From Eledone cirrhosa (Eukaryota): a stretch of 64,000 nt of DNA. The translations under genes were made by a program, and so were the position numbers. Positions within the stretch are counted from its first letter, which is position 1, and each line of letters starts with the position of its first letter. This document shows positions 1 through 13,395 of this stretch, piece after piece. The DNA lies in contig OZ024740.1 of NCBI GenBank assembly GCA_964016885.1, positions 141,174,001 through 141,238,000 on the forward strand, written 5' to 3'. The notes beneath the pieces were generated by a model. The model was not told the DNA's origin and did no database searches. It saw only the letters and a list, made by a program, of their open reading frames with translations.

Positions 1-3
1 GCT

Positions 4-2068
4 TTGAACCCGGATCAAAGGCAACTCTACTGCGATTTCCCTTCGCACTATACGTGGGATAAGAAGGGAAAGAAATGGAATGATAGAAAACAAAAGTTGA
101 GATTCATGACTATTGGACGGGTTTGTAATGTCCATCCCGCATCTGGTGATGTGTTTTATCTCCGAATTCTGTTGCATAATGATTTTTCGAGAGGTAAACA
201 GAGCTTCGCTGATTTGAAAACAATCAATGGCGTGGAATATGAAACATGCCAGGCTGTGTGTCAGCATCTGGGACTCCTTCAGGATGACGCTGAATGGAAT
301 AACGCCATGGAAGCTGCAGGAACAACACAGATGCCAGCTCAAATAAGGCAGTTGTTTGTCACGATTCTGGGATTCTGCAATCCTGCCAATCCAAGAGAGT
401 TATTTGAACGCCATTGGGGAATTATGGCTGAGGATTTTAGGCATCATCTTCAGGTCGATGATGAAAATTTGATGAAAGCTATTGTTTTGCTCAATATTGA
501 GCAACTGCTTGAAGTTCATTTCAAATGTTTAAGAAATTTCAATTTGCCAATTCCTGATGAAGAAATGCGGCAACGTGTCTTAGCATTGGACATGAGATTG
601 CAGCTTAGACGGTTGCCACTCGATCGGAGGGAACTATTCCAGTTTGATGCACTGGAACAGCAACGTATTATGGATGAACGTATGCCAATGTTGACCTAAT
701 CTCAGAGAGAATTGATCGATGGCGTTCTCTACTCGATTTCGACTAATGAGCAACTTTGTGCTTTCATAGATGCTCCAGGAGGCACCGGAAAGACATTCTG
801 TTTCAACACTATGTTATCGGCAGTCAGAGCTCAGAGGAAGATTGCTCTCCCTGTGGTCACCAGTTGGGTCGCTGCCACTTTGCTGAGTGGTGGAAGGACC
901 TTCCACTCATGCTTCAAGGCTCCATTGGCTCCGGATGAGTTGAGTGTCTGTAACATTACAGGACAAAGTGAACTCGCGGGCCTTATACGCAATACGTCTC
1001 TTATTATTTGGGGCGAGGCTCCAATGGCACATATATATTTGCTGGAGGCATTGGACAGAACTTTGAGAGTTATCTGTGGTACTGACCTGCCATTCGGTGG
1101 TAAGACTATCGTTCTTTGTGGCGATTTCAGACAGGTGCTACCAATTGTTAGGAATGCTCAAAGAGCGCAAATTGTCGATGCATGTCTAAAAAAAGTCCCC
1201 GTTGTGGCGCCATTTCAGAGTTTTGCGATTACACGATAATATGCGACTTCGTATGTTCGGGTAAAACGAAGAGGCTGAGACATACGGCCGATGGTTGATG
1301 CAGTTGGGAAACGATGAATTGCCACACGTTGGTGATAATCAGACTGTAAGAATCCCAGACCATTTGGTCATGCCACTGGACCGCCAAGCATTGATTGACT
1401 GGGTGTTCCCTAATTTGAATGCTTTTTGGCAGAATATCTCCTGGATATCGGAACGCATTATTCTAACTCATACGAATGCAACGGTCGATGAAATAAATTC
1501 ACAAGTAGCCGGAATGTTTCCTGGAGAGGAATGGTTAACCGTTAGTGGAGATGCAATGGAGCCTAATCAGCAGAACAATATGGATGTTCCGACTGAGTAT
1601 CTGAATTCACTTCAAATACCCGGATTTCCCCCACATATTTTGAGGTTGAAAAAGGGTATGCTGATTATATTGCTTAGAAATATCAATCATAAAATGAGTC
1701 TTTGCAATGGTACCAGATTGATTGTCGAGAGATTGATTAACGGAAGAGTTTTAAAAGCTAAACTCACAGGCAGAGAGGAATCGGTTCTCATTCCGAGGAT
1801 CATGCTGAGACCAAGTGAAGATCTGCTGCCATTCATTTGGCAAAGGAGACAGTTTCCCGTCAATTTGGCCTTCTCCATGACTGTCAACAAGGCACAGGGA
1901 CAGACTTTCAAGCGAGTCGGTGTCTACTTGAATGATTCAGCATTCAGCCATGGTCAACTGTATGTTGCTGCATCTCAAGTGTGCGATCCTGATGGTATAA
2001 AATTTGCAATTGATACCACTAACAGAGGAACAACCCTGAATATTGTCTATAATGAAGCTTTGAGCTGA
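4..2068 (+). pseudogene. Helitron RepHel PIF1-family helicase, disrupted
   Basis: FYLRILLH..SFADLKTING..LGLLQDD linker; Walker A DAPGGTGKTF; Walker B mutated (IIWGEAPM); GDFRQVLP; RQFPVNLAFSMTVNKAQGQT; FSHGQLYVA. In-frame TAA at 697-699 and a frameshift near the A-run at ~1190. Confidence 0.92.
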
Positions 2069-2104
2069 TGTATGCATATCTTTAATGCTTTGAATAAGCG
2101 ACAT

Positions 2105-2435
2105 AAATGATTCGGACATTGGTGTCCTTTGATCAGTATTGTGAGCTCTGACAGAGTTATCATTTATGTTCAATGTCATTTAATGTCGTTATGAGCAATA
2201 AAAACAAACAAGAATTGGTAAAAATTGCTTTCACTGTTATGTTGCGCAATAAATACCAACAAGTATTGTTAGAAATTTCCTTCACTGCTATGAATATTCG
2301 ACGTAAATGATTCATACATTGGTGTCCTTTGATCAGTATTGTGAGCTTTGACAGAGTTATCATTTCTATTCAATGTCATTTATTGTCGATAATGAGCAAT
2401 AAAAACCAACAGGTATTGGTAGAAATTGCCTTCAA
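2105..2435. repeat. Imperfect direct duplication in the Helitron 3' UTR (~200-bp offset)
   Basis: aaatgattc..cattggtgtcctttgatcagtattgtgagct..gagcaataaaaac occurs at ~2105 and ~2305. Confidence 0.8.
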
Positions 2436-3550
2436 ATTTATCGCTTCTGATTGCGGTGGTAATAAAACCTCATCATATGCTGAGTCTGGCAAAAAGGTTG
2501 GATCTTATGGCCGGCCAGGGCTAGAGTAATATTGAAAACGATTCTATTTTCGAAGTAGAAGGACCCGCCATTTGGAGTTCAAACCAGGCCACCTCCCTGA
2601 GTTGAACTCTGGGCAACATTGACTGTCTATTACTCAGTGGCCAAGAGCCTGGAAATTACAGAATAAATTATTGTGTCATATAATTTGTTGTTTTATTATT
2701 ATAGCTGACCACTTATAGATAAGCATGTTATCCATATCCATATTAATTTGGCATTTGTATAAACCATTTCAAGTAAATAGGGACCTTTTTTACATTGACG
2801 GACATCTTTTATATTAATTATCTATATCTATATCTACATATAATATAAAAGATTGGAACTTCCATAATCCTTTTCAGAAACGTGGAACAACCACGTCTAT
2901 GCAATGATACACGTTTTACAGTCAGGCAGAAGATGAACCATCTCCTAGAGGTCACTATTCTAGGTGGGAGCACCTAGAACTGTTCATATACTATGCACAA
3001 ACGGTACAACGAAGAATTTGGTATATCTGGAAGATTTATTTTACTGTTTTTTGTATCACACAGACACCAGGACTCGCCTCCTACTGTAACCAGACAAACA
3101 TCCAATACAGTCATTTTCTCTTTTACCTGTCTTCTCTTATCATCTGTTTAGCTGGGCGAAGCTGGGTACGTTAGCTAGTTATATTTAATTGTATATATTT
3201 ACAAACACAGAGAGAGGGGGGGGGCGAGAGAGGGCGAGAGAGAGAGAGAAACGTGAAAAAAAAAGAAAAAAGTGGAAGAGAGAGACTTTTAGCTGGATGG
3301 TCGTACACAAGATGGCAAAATCATTGCATGCTGCATCAGCCATTCTACCTCAACGAGGCTCCTTAATGAGGCTAGATGCCGTCATCTCGAGCATGCGGAG
3401 GAAAACGGTTGTTCAGACATATACATCAACTTGAGAAGCCGTCTCTAGTTGATAGTTTCAGGGTATGTAAATCATAGGAGAAAGTATCCAAGTTATTTCC
3501 CTTGAAAATGTTGCATTTTTGCATGTTTTTTGCTCTACTTAAGTGAGAAA

Positions 3551-3636
3551 TATGAGATGTATATAGTTATACCCAGCTTACAGATATACGACTATGAGAT
3601 GTATATAGTTATACTCAGCTTACAGATATACGACTA
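3551..3636. repeat. 41-bp tandem duplication
   Basis: tatgagatgtatatagttatac(c/t)cagcttacagatatacgac x2. Confidence 0.85.
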
Positions 3637-3834
3637 CTCAAAAAAACAGGAAAAGATTGAAAGTTATTGCCTGCCACGAGGCCTTTCGAAAGAAATATTG
3701 TAAGACAGAACATGACAGCTTTCGGACCCACATGTGTCATAAGAACTTTTTAATAGGGAGCTACTTATTTCAAAACAACTGAGAAGTTATTTCGCAAAAA
3801 AATCTTGTAAAAGTAATGTCTTCATTAAATATAG

Positions 3835-3893
3835 ACACTTGAAAAGTGTTCGCCTCCATGTGGTTGACCCGGTTTCAATTTACGGCCGATGCA
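3835..3893 (+). pseudogene. Degenerate tRNA-Gly remnant
   Basis: gttcgcctccatgtggttgacccggtttcaatttacggccgatgca aligns to the 3' two-thirds of tRNA-Gly(GCC). Confidence 0.6.
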
Positions 3894-4009
3894 CATGGAA
3901 ATTTATCTTCTTTTTTTTTGTGGGCGGTTTTCTTGTATATTTACTTTATCTGATAAATATGTTCCCTTTTAAAAAGATTGCCGTTGTTTAGCCTCCAGTC
4001 CTGAAGAAC

Positions 4010-4570
<561 letters not shown>

Positions 4571-4688
4571 ACATATATTTAATTTTAATTTCCCAGAAGT
4601 CAAAATAATTTAGAAAGGGATTAAGAACTTTAGCAAAAAATCCGTTAATCAGTAACGTGTTTATTAAATAAAGTAGATTTAAATGTAA

Positions 4689-4759
4689 GCATCGGTGGTT
4701 CAGTGGAAGAATGCTCGCCTGCCACGCGGGCGGCCCGGGTTCGATTCCCGGCCGATGCA
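4689..4759 (+). tRNA. trnG-GCC: tRNA-Gly(GCC), D-loop GGA variant
   Basis: 71-nt cloverleaf GCATCGG..CTGCCAC..GGTTCGATTCC..CCGATGCA, with a T5 terminator just downstream. Confidence 0.93.
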
Positions 4760-5087
4760 TCTCTAATTTTTGGATTCAATTCTTTTAGTGAATAGATTAG
4801 ATAAAACTCTTTTTCTGCTATTATCGCCTTTTTCTTTTTTCTTTCTTTTCCCCTTTCACTGATTATGGTATTACGTTAGCTTAACGTGTTCACTTTTGTG
4901 ATTTCAACCATTTTATCTACTGCATGTCGGGGTAACCCCTTGAGTCTACCCCGCGCTCGGTATTTAGTCTTTGAATATATTGACAGGATAATTGTAGCTA
5001 GCTGAAAAATCTATTAAATCAGCGGCTAGGTCATGTTTGGCTTTTTGAAATAAATAATTTGATATAATTAAGCAGTGGACAGCGTGA

Positions 5088-5158
5088 GCATCGGTGGTTC
5101 AGTGGTAGAATGCTCGCCTGCCACGCGGGCGGCCCGGGTTCGATTCCCGGCCGATGCA
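5088..5158 (+). tRNA. trnG-GCC: tRNA-Gly(GCC), consensus
   Basis: GCATCGGTGGTTCAGTGGTAGAATGCTCGCCTGCCACGCGGGCGGCCCGGGTTCGATTCCCGGCCGATGCA, the conserved invertebrate Gly-GCC sequence. Confidence 0.97.
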
Positions 5159-5352
5159 CATGATGATTCATCATACTTTTAGTGAGCTTTTTGTATTTTA
5201 CTTTAATTTGATTAATATATTCTATTTTTAAAAGATTACTGTTGTTTACCGCCAAATCTAAGATATTCTAAATCTAAAACCAATTAAGAACTTTAGCAAA
5301 AAAATCCGTTAATCAGTAATGTGGTTATTAGATACAACGATTTAAAATGTGA

Positions 5353-5423
5353 GCATCGGTGGTTCAGTGGTAGAATGCTCGCCTGCCACGCGGGCGGCCC
5401 GGGTTCGATTCCCGGCCGATGCA
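5353..5423 (+). tRNA. trnG-GCC: tRNA-Gly(GCC), consensus
   Basis: Identical to the 5088 copy; long T-run terminator follows. Confidence 0.97.
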
Positions 5424-5945
5424 TGTAATGTTTTGTTTTTTTTTTTAGATTGAGTGAATAAAAATAAATGAATAAAAATGTGTTTCTGCTGTTTTCATGT
5501 TTAAATTTTTTTTTTTTTTTTTCGCTTTCTCTGAAACGAATTCTCTTTTGTGTGATTTCAACCAATTTAGCTGCTGCCACCGAAAGGGTTAAACATAGAC
5601 AGTGTCTTTCATTAGAAATATGGTAATGAAAAGGTTAACGGTTAGGACCCAGTACCTAGATAATAGTAGATGAATCACTACTTCCTTACAGACAACTGAC
5701 GCTGCACACCAGACCACTGGCATCTCCTCCATCTATCTCGCCCTCCCCATCTCTCTCTATTATGAGCAAATAGGGTCCCATAGGCTGGCCGCCAATGTCA
5801 TGAGTCTGCCCCGCCCTCGGTATTTAGTATCAAATATATTGATAGGATATTGATAGGATAAATTAATATCTATTAAATAAGTGGCGGGGTCATGTTTGGA
5901 TTAATTAAATAAATTATTTTATATAACTGGATACAAGATGCGTGA

Positions 5946-6015
5946 GCATCAGTGTTTCGGTGATAGAATGCTCGCCTGCCACTCGAACGGCCTGCGTTCG
6001 ATTCCGGCTGATACG
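5946..6015 (+). pseudogene. tRNA-Gly pseudogene
   Basis: gcatcagtgtttcggtgatagaatgctcgcctgccactcg.. with many stem-breaking changes. Confidence 0.85.
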
Positions 6016-6190
6016 TTAACAAAAATCGTCAGTTTTTGTGTCTGGTTTTATATATATTTCTTTTTTCTTTTTTTTTTTTTTCAAGTTGTTATTTAGTCCT
6101 GGAGAAGTTTGGTTGATCAGATTTTTATCGAATAAGTATCAAGCAGTGGTTTTTGAGAACTGTTAATTCGTGATTGCCCTTATAGTTGGC

Positions 6191-6578
6191 TATATTGGTA
6201 TTACATTTGATAAGCATACAATGTACACTATTCTTTCGTATATTGGTATTACATTTGGTAAATATACAATGTAAACTATTCTTTCGTATATTGGTATTAC
6301 ATTTGGTAAATATACAATGTACACTATTCTTTCGTATATTGGTATTACATTTGGTAAATATACAATGTACACTATTCTTTCGTATATTGGTATTACATTT
6401 GGTAAATATACAATGTAAACTATTCTTTCGTATATTGGTATTACATTTGGTAAATATACAATGTAAACTATTCTTTCGTATATTGGTATTACATTTGGTA
6501 AATATACAATGTACACTATTCTTTCGTATATTGGTATTACATTTGGTAAATATACAATGTAAACTATTCTTTCGTATA
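6191..6578. repeat. 48-bp minisatellite, 8 copies
   Basis: tatattggtattacatttggtaaatatacaatgta(c/a)actattctttcg x8; explains the 16-aa-repeat ORFs. Confidence 0.97.
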
Positions 6579-6969
6579 TACCGAAAACTATCAAATGATT
6601 ATTTTTTCCAGCTGACAGCGAAGTTCTTGACATCGTTGGTGGCTCGCCTTCACTCGTGGTAATGCTGCGAGCGTGTTGGTTTGCCTCAAAAATATTCCAT
6701 TGACCCCTGTGGTGTGCTGCCGATTATCGCACTTTCTGGTGAATTAATGGTTGTTTTTGTTTGTTTGTTTTTTCTTTTCTTTTCTTTTTCTCTCGCTTTG
6801 ATCATATATTTTTGTGCATTATATTTGTGAGGTTCCTAGCAATAATTAATTGTATTTATTATGTGTTTCAAATTAAGAAAAGGCATATGACCGCGTTTCT
6901 CAGGACCTACTATGGAAGGTTCTCCTTGCTGCCCTGATATCTCAATACGAATGCCCGAGAAACCATTCT

Positions 6970-7385
6970 GCTCATTATTTACATGAACATGCGTAGCCAG
7001 GTTGGAAGTGGTATCATGACTGGCTGGTGTAGAATCAGTCTGCTGGAATTTGTAGATGACAGGGTATTACTTAAGTTGACAGAAGTTAATTACTGACTTG
7101 CACTTGATAGGTTTGATGCCAAGTGCTTCATGGCTGGAATGAAAATCAGTGCTGTGAAAACTGAGACACTCGTCCTCTCCAGGTGGCCTGCACAGTGCAC
7201 TCTACATGTGGAGTTCCACTGAAGCTGGTAGAGAAGTTCAAGTATCTCGGGCCATGTTTACGAGTGATGGAAGGCAGGAGGCTGAATTAAGAGCAAGAAT
7301 TGCAGGAGCTGATGCAGTAAGGTGCCAGCTTCAGCATTCAGTAATCAGATGAAGGGAGGAAGATGTAATAACCAAACTTGCTATC
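6970..7385 (+). mobile_element. RTE-clade LINE RT fragment
   Basis: Translates to LEFVDD(YADD-like)..GMKISAVKTETLVLSR..VEKFKYLG..TSDGRQEAEL, typical of RTE/Expander-type RT. Confidence 0.75.
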
Positions 7386-7469
7386 TTGCTTTGCGGCCCG
7401 CATTTGATTCTCGCCAAATGCATTTATAACATTATCCATTGTCTGTTCGTGGTTTTAAATTTTTCTCTT

Positions 7470-8385
7470 ACAAATTCTAAAAACTAATTAATTTATAGTA
7501 ACTTAATAGTTTACATAATTTATTTATATTTACAAACGGAAAAGGAGGGGAAAAGCAAAGGCACAGGGTCACAGAAGGATAGGAAGGTGATGGGCACTAG
7601 ACCTACGGCGCGGCAGTGTTGGGGCTGCGCCCCACGGGCATGACCGTAAGAGCATTTCCGCGGGCAATGGCCAGCGACAACCGCTGCAACAACCACCCCA
7701 CCTCGAGGGGCTCATTCCTCCGACAGGCTGCCGACGTTCCGATTTTGCGGAGGAGCTCGATAGTATGGTGTCCGAGTACGTCTGAGGTCTCGACAGCGAC
7801 CGGTGCGATGAGGAAGCGGCCGGACAATCCCTGGTGTTTATTTGTCTTCATTTCGTTTGTATTGCGAGCCGCAGTACCGGGGTTTGTGACTGAAGCCACT
7901 AAGTTGGAAGCAGAGAACGTATCACATGTGGCGTCCCAAATGAGGGATCTACCTCCTTCGAATGGGAAGAGGGTAATTCCGTCGGGGCGCTTTCCGTCTC
8001 CATGGTCGAGGCTTGCTGGCTCCAATTGATGGGAAGCCAGTTGTGTCTAGGCTCCTTCACAATGTGTCGTTGAAAGCAGCATGTCGGGGGAACCGGCCTA
8101 CAGTCTGTCGGCAAGGCAGTGGGTGCAGGTTGAATTTGTCAACGACTTCCCCGCAACGGCATTTGTCTGGATCATACACGCGGAGGCCGATGCGAGTACA
8201 TCGCAATCAAGAAGAGTAATGGTTGATGAGGAGGGCACCGAATGAGCCACGTGGAGCGGAGGCAGGCTAGGTAGTGTTGGTCCAAGCAAGACTTGATCCG
8301 CTTGAAGGAAGACCTGCATTTGATGTTGTCCCAGTTACATTGTATACTGAGGGACAGAGAGGTCTTTGCCTGTCCAGTCGGCCAG
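7470..8385 (-). mobile_element. CRE-like non-LTR retrotransposon, 3' fragment (CCHC + RLE endonuclease)
   Basis: HPL.CRQTVGRFPRHAAFNDIV; EPASLDHGDGKRPDGITLFPFEGGRSLIWDATCDT..PVAVET..LQRLSLAIARGNA. Confidence 0.82.
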
Positions 8386-8436
8386 AAGTTCGTTCGTTTT
8401 GTCTGTGTCAAGATATATACAATATGTTAATATATA

Positions 8437-8531
8437 ATTGTTTCTACATTTGGCACAAGGTCAGCAATTACCCAGTACATTACTGGTACTTTATTTTATC
8501 GACCCCGTAAGGATGAAAGGCAAAGTTAACA
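8437..8531 (-). mobile_element. SINE 3' half (same family as 25598)
   Basis: Reverse complement of gttaactttgcctttcatccttacggggtcgataaaataaagtaccag..ccttgtgccaaatgtagaaac. Confidence 0.85.
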
Positions 8532-8532
8532 T

Positions 8533-8663
<131 letters not shown>

Positions 8664-8734
8664 TGAAATGTTTTGGCCAGTATTGGCCCAGGCCATGTCT
8701 AACTTAATAGCACCACCTGGCGAAGTCTTTCAAT

Positions 8735-11700
8735 TCAGGATTTGGGCACCATGGCCCATTCGAGAAGAGAATTACTGTTTGCGGAGACATATCCGGGTGT
8801 GGGTGGTTTGTCCGGGATTACTTGGAGGAATTTGACCAAAGACTTCTTGAATTTCGTGTGGTCAGTTTCTGTTTTGACGTGTCCTGGTGTGATGTTGAAG
8901 AGAGCAGGACCAATTGAGGTGAAATAATTGTGCCGTATTGTTGTTATAAGTTGCGATTTAGATTTTTGTTTGGAACGGATAGCACGGGGGCCCAAGCCTT
9001 GGGTGTATTTTGAAGGTGATGCCAACATCATTTGGGCAGTGCTGATGAAACATTTTCCACATCATGCAGATAATATAACGCTCACGGCGACGTTGGAGTG
9101 AGTAAAGTTTCAGCTTTTCTAGTCGACCCCAGTAGTCAAGGTCTAACATGCCATCTATCTTTTTCGTGATTGCCCTTTGGGGAGCTTCAAGTTTCATGAT
9201 ACTTTGTTTCGTGTGGGGAGACCACAGTGGACAACAGTATTCAAGGTGTGTTCGGGCAAAAGTGGAGAAGAGAAGGATAATGGTGTGAGAATCTCTCGAC
9301 TGGAAGGTTCTGAGGATCCAGGAACACATTCTGCGGGCCATGTCAACTTTGCTGCTTATATGCGTGGCGCAACTTATGTTGCTGTCCACGGTTACTCCCA
9401 AGTCTCTGATGTTGTTAGATTCCACGAGAGTTTCACCGGAGGGAAGGGAGTACGGGAGTTTCAGAGCATCCTCTTTTCCAAAGTGGATCAGTTCGAATTT
9501 GTCTTCGTTCAGTAACATGTTGTTCTTTTCCGCCCATTGGGTAACAGCCAGTAGGTCTGACTGAAGGCTTATCCGGTCATCCACGCCATTGATGACCTTT
9601 TGGAGCTTGGAATCATCAGCGAAAATTCTAATGTTGCTGTGTTTGATGATGTCAGTGATGTCATTAATATAGATGATGAAGAGAAGTGGGCCCAACACAG
9701 TGCCTTGTGGGACCCCACTAATGATTTGACTCCTTCGACTACAACATGTTGGGTTCTGTTTGACAGGAAGCACTTGATCCACTGCAGCAGCTTTTCAGTG
9801 ACACCAATATTGGACAGCTTTCTCAGTAGAATGCTGTGATCAACCCTGTCAAAGGCCTTCCTGAAATCAAGGTAGATAACATCAGTGTTGGAGCCCTCTC
9901 CCAAGGCTCTCAAAATGTCATCAAAGTGATGCAGTAGCTGCGTCAGGCAATCCCTTCCATTACGGAATCCATGCTGGTTGGAGTTCAGCATATTGTTACT
10001 CTCACGGAAGTGAGTCATTCGCGATCTCACCACTCTCTCAAATACCTTAATGATATGAGAGGTTAGTGAGATTGGACGGTAAATCACGGCAAGGGATTTG
10101 TTTCCTTTTTTGAAAACTGGGACAACAGACTGGGATAGAAGGTTTTCTGGCACATATCCAGCATCCAGTGAGTTCCGCCACAGATTGGCAAGAGGAGATG
10201 CAAGTTGGTGTTGACACGCCTTCAAGACACAAGCAGGGAACCTATCGAGACCTACTGCTGAATTATGCTTCATTTCCTTTATTGCCGCTAAGACATCAGG
10301 GGCGCCAAACGTTATGTCCGATAAGGTGTAATGGGGAGTAACATCGCCGATGCAGCCCAGATCGGCCATATCAGGATTGCTGAAAACAGAGCAGTATTGT
10401 TTCTGCAGTATCTCACCCATGGTTTTAGCATTGTCTTGAAGAGTGCCATTTTCATCAATTAGAGGGCCAACAGTAGAGCCAGTGATTTTGTGTTTTTTTT
10501 GCAAATGAAAAGAACACTTTGGAATTGAGTTTGATCTTCTCAATGGCCCAGGCCTCTCCAGTTCTTCTCTGATTGTTGATGATAGACATCATATTGTTTT
10601 GGAGGTTATGTTTTTTAATCTCTAGTGATGCAATGGCAGCCAAGTTGATGTGTTGCTGCTGACAGTATTTCATTCAACTTGTTGATTTTTTTGTTAGTTC
10701 TCTTAATTTTCCTGATGAGCGTTTTTCTATTTCTAGGGATTCTGCTTTTAGATTTGTTTATAGTTCTTAATGGGGTGTGTTTTGCACATATGTTTGTAAC
10801 AGTGTCCACAAATGTCTGCCAGGACTTTTTGATGTGGGTGTGTGAGTGTGCGTGAAGGACCAGTCGACATGTGCAAGATCATGACTGATCGCTTCCCAGT
10901 TTGCATTGGGGAAATCCATAGCGTCAAACGGATGGACAGGAAAGATGACATTGGGTTTGTATATTGGACGGTGGAATCTCAGATCACAGAGAACCATGTC
11001 ATGATCAGAGAGTAGAGTTTTCTCCACTGCAATATTGTGGATAGTGTTAGTGTGATTGCTGAAAATTAAGTCTAGGACGTTTTTGTTGCACCTCGTTGGT
11101 TCGAGCACCAGTTGGGACAGGAAGAAATCATCCATGAAGTCAAGAAGCGATTCCACTGCTTCCCTGTCAGAGGTTGAGGCAGAAGAAACTGGTGGCAGGC
11201 TGTTTGTGGACCAGTCAACTCCGGGGAGGTTGAAGTCCCCCATCATTAAGATGTTGTCAGGGTGACACTCTTGGATGAAACACTTTATGCTGTTGAGGCA
11301 TTCCTTGAAGCATGGTAGAGGCGTTTGGGGTGGCCTATAGAGCCCAACTACTATTAGGTTGTTGGTTTGACTGAATACAGTGACTGCTTCGCAGTATCCA
11401 TTAGAAAATATGTTCATAGCCTCTGTTGAGAAAGAATTATGGACATAAATAGCAGTCCCACCATTTCTTCTGCCAGCGCGATCAGCACGGATGGCTTGGA
11501 AATGTTTCACTTTCACCTCGGCTTCCAAGTGGAGGTTACTGAGATGGGTTTCAGTGAGGACGAAGAAAGGGATGTGGTTTGGATGGACCCAGTCGTCCAG
11601 GAATTTGATCTTCCATTTTTTAGTATTGGTGGAAGGGCTGATGCCTTGGGCGTTAAATAAAAATGTTGAGGCGAGAGTGGATGGTTTTAATTGTTTTGGT
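8735..11700 (-). pseudogene. LINE ORF2 (APE endonuclease-reverse transcriptase), several frameshifts
   Basis: Spread over ORFs 10767-11990, 10455-10809, 9569-10543, 8958-9782 and 8735-9031. Confidence 0.9.
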
Positions 11701-12342
11701 GTGTTGTTAATTTGTTTGTTAATGGCAGCAATGGGAGTTTGTGCAGTGGGTGATAGTGGAGGGTGGTGCTGGGTTATAGCTCGAATGTTTTTTTCCAGTT
11801 CTTTTGCCAGATTCATTATGGCTAAAAAAGAGGAAGAAGTTTCCTGTTTAGGGGACTGTTGGTGACTGTTGTAGTGGTTATTTTTATGTAGGTTATGGTT
11901 TTTGTTTTTACTTTTATTTTTATTTTTATTTTCATTTGTCCGACGAGTCCCCGGGAGATGGGTAAAGGTACAATCCCGGTGTAAACACAATCTGTCTCGC
12001 TGGGAAAAGCGGCAGATTTGTGGATTCGTTGTTTGAGTTATTGGTGGTTGTGTTGGTGTTAAATTAGAGTATGTTTTATGGTGGTGGTTGTTGTTTGTGG
12101 GGATAGACCGTTTTGTCCTAGGTAAATGGGTGAATTTGCAGCCATTATCCGTACATATTCTATAGCGTAGAGAGTAGCGGCAAATGATGCGGTTTCAAGT
12201 GGGTGTATATGTGTGTGTGTGTGTTGTGAGAGGTGTAGATGATAGTTTGAGTACGTTTTGACGATCTTTGTGAGCTGTGGGAGGGAGAGTTCTTGTACTT
12301 GTATTAGGAGGTAAATTCCTTGAGATAGCAGTAGGCAAAGAT

Positions 12343-12390
<48 letters not shown>
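12343..12390. repeat. (GTA)n, encoding poly-Thr in LINE ORF1
   Basis: Seen directly. Confidence 0.9.
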
Positions 12391-12391
<1 letters not shown>

Positions 12392-12493
12392 GCAGAGGAG
12401 ATGTTGGCAGTGGTGATGATTTGACTGCTGGGGCAGAGAAAGGAAGAGGCGTTTCCTGCTGTGAGACAGTGGCTACTGGGAGGTCAATAGTTT

Positions 12494-12972
12494 TGTAGCA
12501 AGAGTTGCCTCCCTTGTTATGACAATCACATCACCGCCCTCTAGACAGGAAGTAGCTGGAGTTACTTCCCGTTGGGGTGGCAGAACCCTTTTTGTCACTT
12601 CCGTCCGGAGACCCTATAAAAGGGACAGGTCAGGGCGATCTCACTCTCTCGCCTCCTGAATCCCAAAGTGTTAACAACACCTGCGACCTTGTCATGAGAT
12701 GACTCTCTCTCATTTCCTTCGCCATCAAGAAGAAGAATTCCTCCCTCATTTCCTTCGCCACTCAAGAAGAATACCACCGGCAGCCTAAGAAAATGTTAAC
12801 ACCTCCAAGAGAAGATCTCTGTTCTTCTCCATACACTTCAGCCTAGGAGTTGTGACCAACGGGTAACCATTTATTTATATTAATCCATTTGACTTCTGTG
12901 AAGTAAAACCTTGTCACAACACACACCGGCATTTATTGTCATTTCTGATAATGCATATATGTACACCGATAC
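12494..12972 (+). repeat. 5' LTR
   Basis: Begins TGTAGCAAG; TATA box ccctataaaaggg at ~12612; about 4 substitutions from the 3' LTR by eye. Confidence 0.95.
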
Positions 12973-13366
12973 GTACAGGCAATTTTGGCCCCCATGAGTG
13001 GATCAGCTTGCCGCCTCTGCGGACAAAGTTTTCGAGGTGACGAGTGCCTGAGGCAGCGAACCTCATGCCGCTGTTCACCACCAAGCTCGGGCCACACTCG
13101 GCCATGCCATCTACGCGGCAGCGCCAATAGATAGCTCAACCATTATGGCGATGCAAAAGTCCATTCAGGAACTCACCATAGAGCTCCACAAGATGAAGGC
13201 CTTGTGTGGTGCCCGTCCGCGCCCCCGCAGTCGCGGGAGATCGCAAAGTTTTAGATGTCGTTCAAAATCACCAGCTTCATCTTTATGCTGGTACCACGAG
13301 CGATTTGCTGAGAGCGCGAACTACTGCGTGCAACCTTGCTCGTTTCATAAGGCGGGAAACACCTAA
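12973..13366 (+). pseudogene. gag: gag C-terminal remnant
   Basis: VQAILAP..DQLAASADKV; RSRGRSQS; CWYHERFAESANYCVQPC (C-x2-H-x9-C-x3-C). Confidence 0.85.
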
Positions 13367-13395
13367 GAGGTCCGCTGATGGGGACAGTTGACCTC
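13354..13395 (+). promoter_or_regulatory. -1 ribosomal frameshift signal (G GGA AAC plus stem-loop)
   Basis: Slippery heptamer in the gag frame; pol is open in the -1 frame; GAGGTC(13367-72)/GACCTC(13390-95) stem. Confidence 0.75.

Larger units (their letters stand above)
1..3178 (+). mobile_element. Helitron relic (3' part of RepHel plus 3' terminus)
   Basis: RepHel motifs in ORFs 4-2068. Degenerate GC hairpin gctgggcgaagctggg (3151-3166) followed by CTAG|T at 3175-3179, the canonical Helitron 3' end. Confidence 0.8.

Noticed and set aside
2505-2524. Alternative Helitron 3' end (ggccggcc..CTAG)
   Set aside because: Weak hairpin and followed by A rather than T; 3178 fits better.
6186-6662. 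16-aa repeat protein or CRISPR-like array
   Set aside because: 48-bp tandem minisatellite without unique spacers; eukaryotic context with no cas genes.
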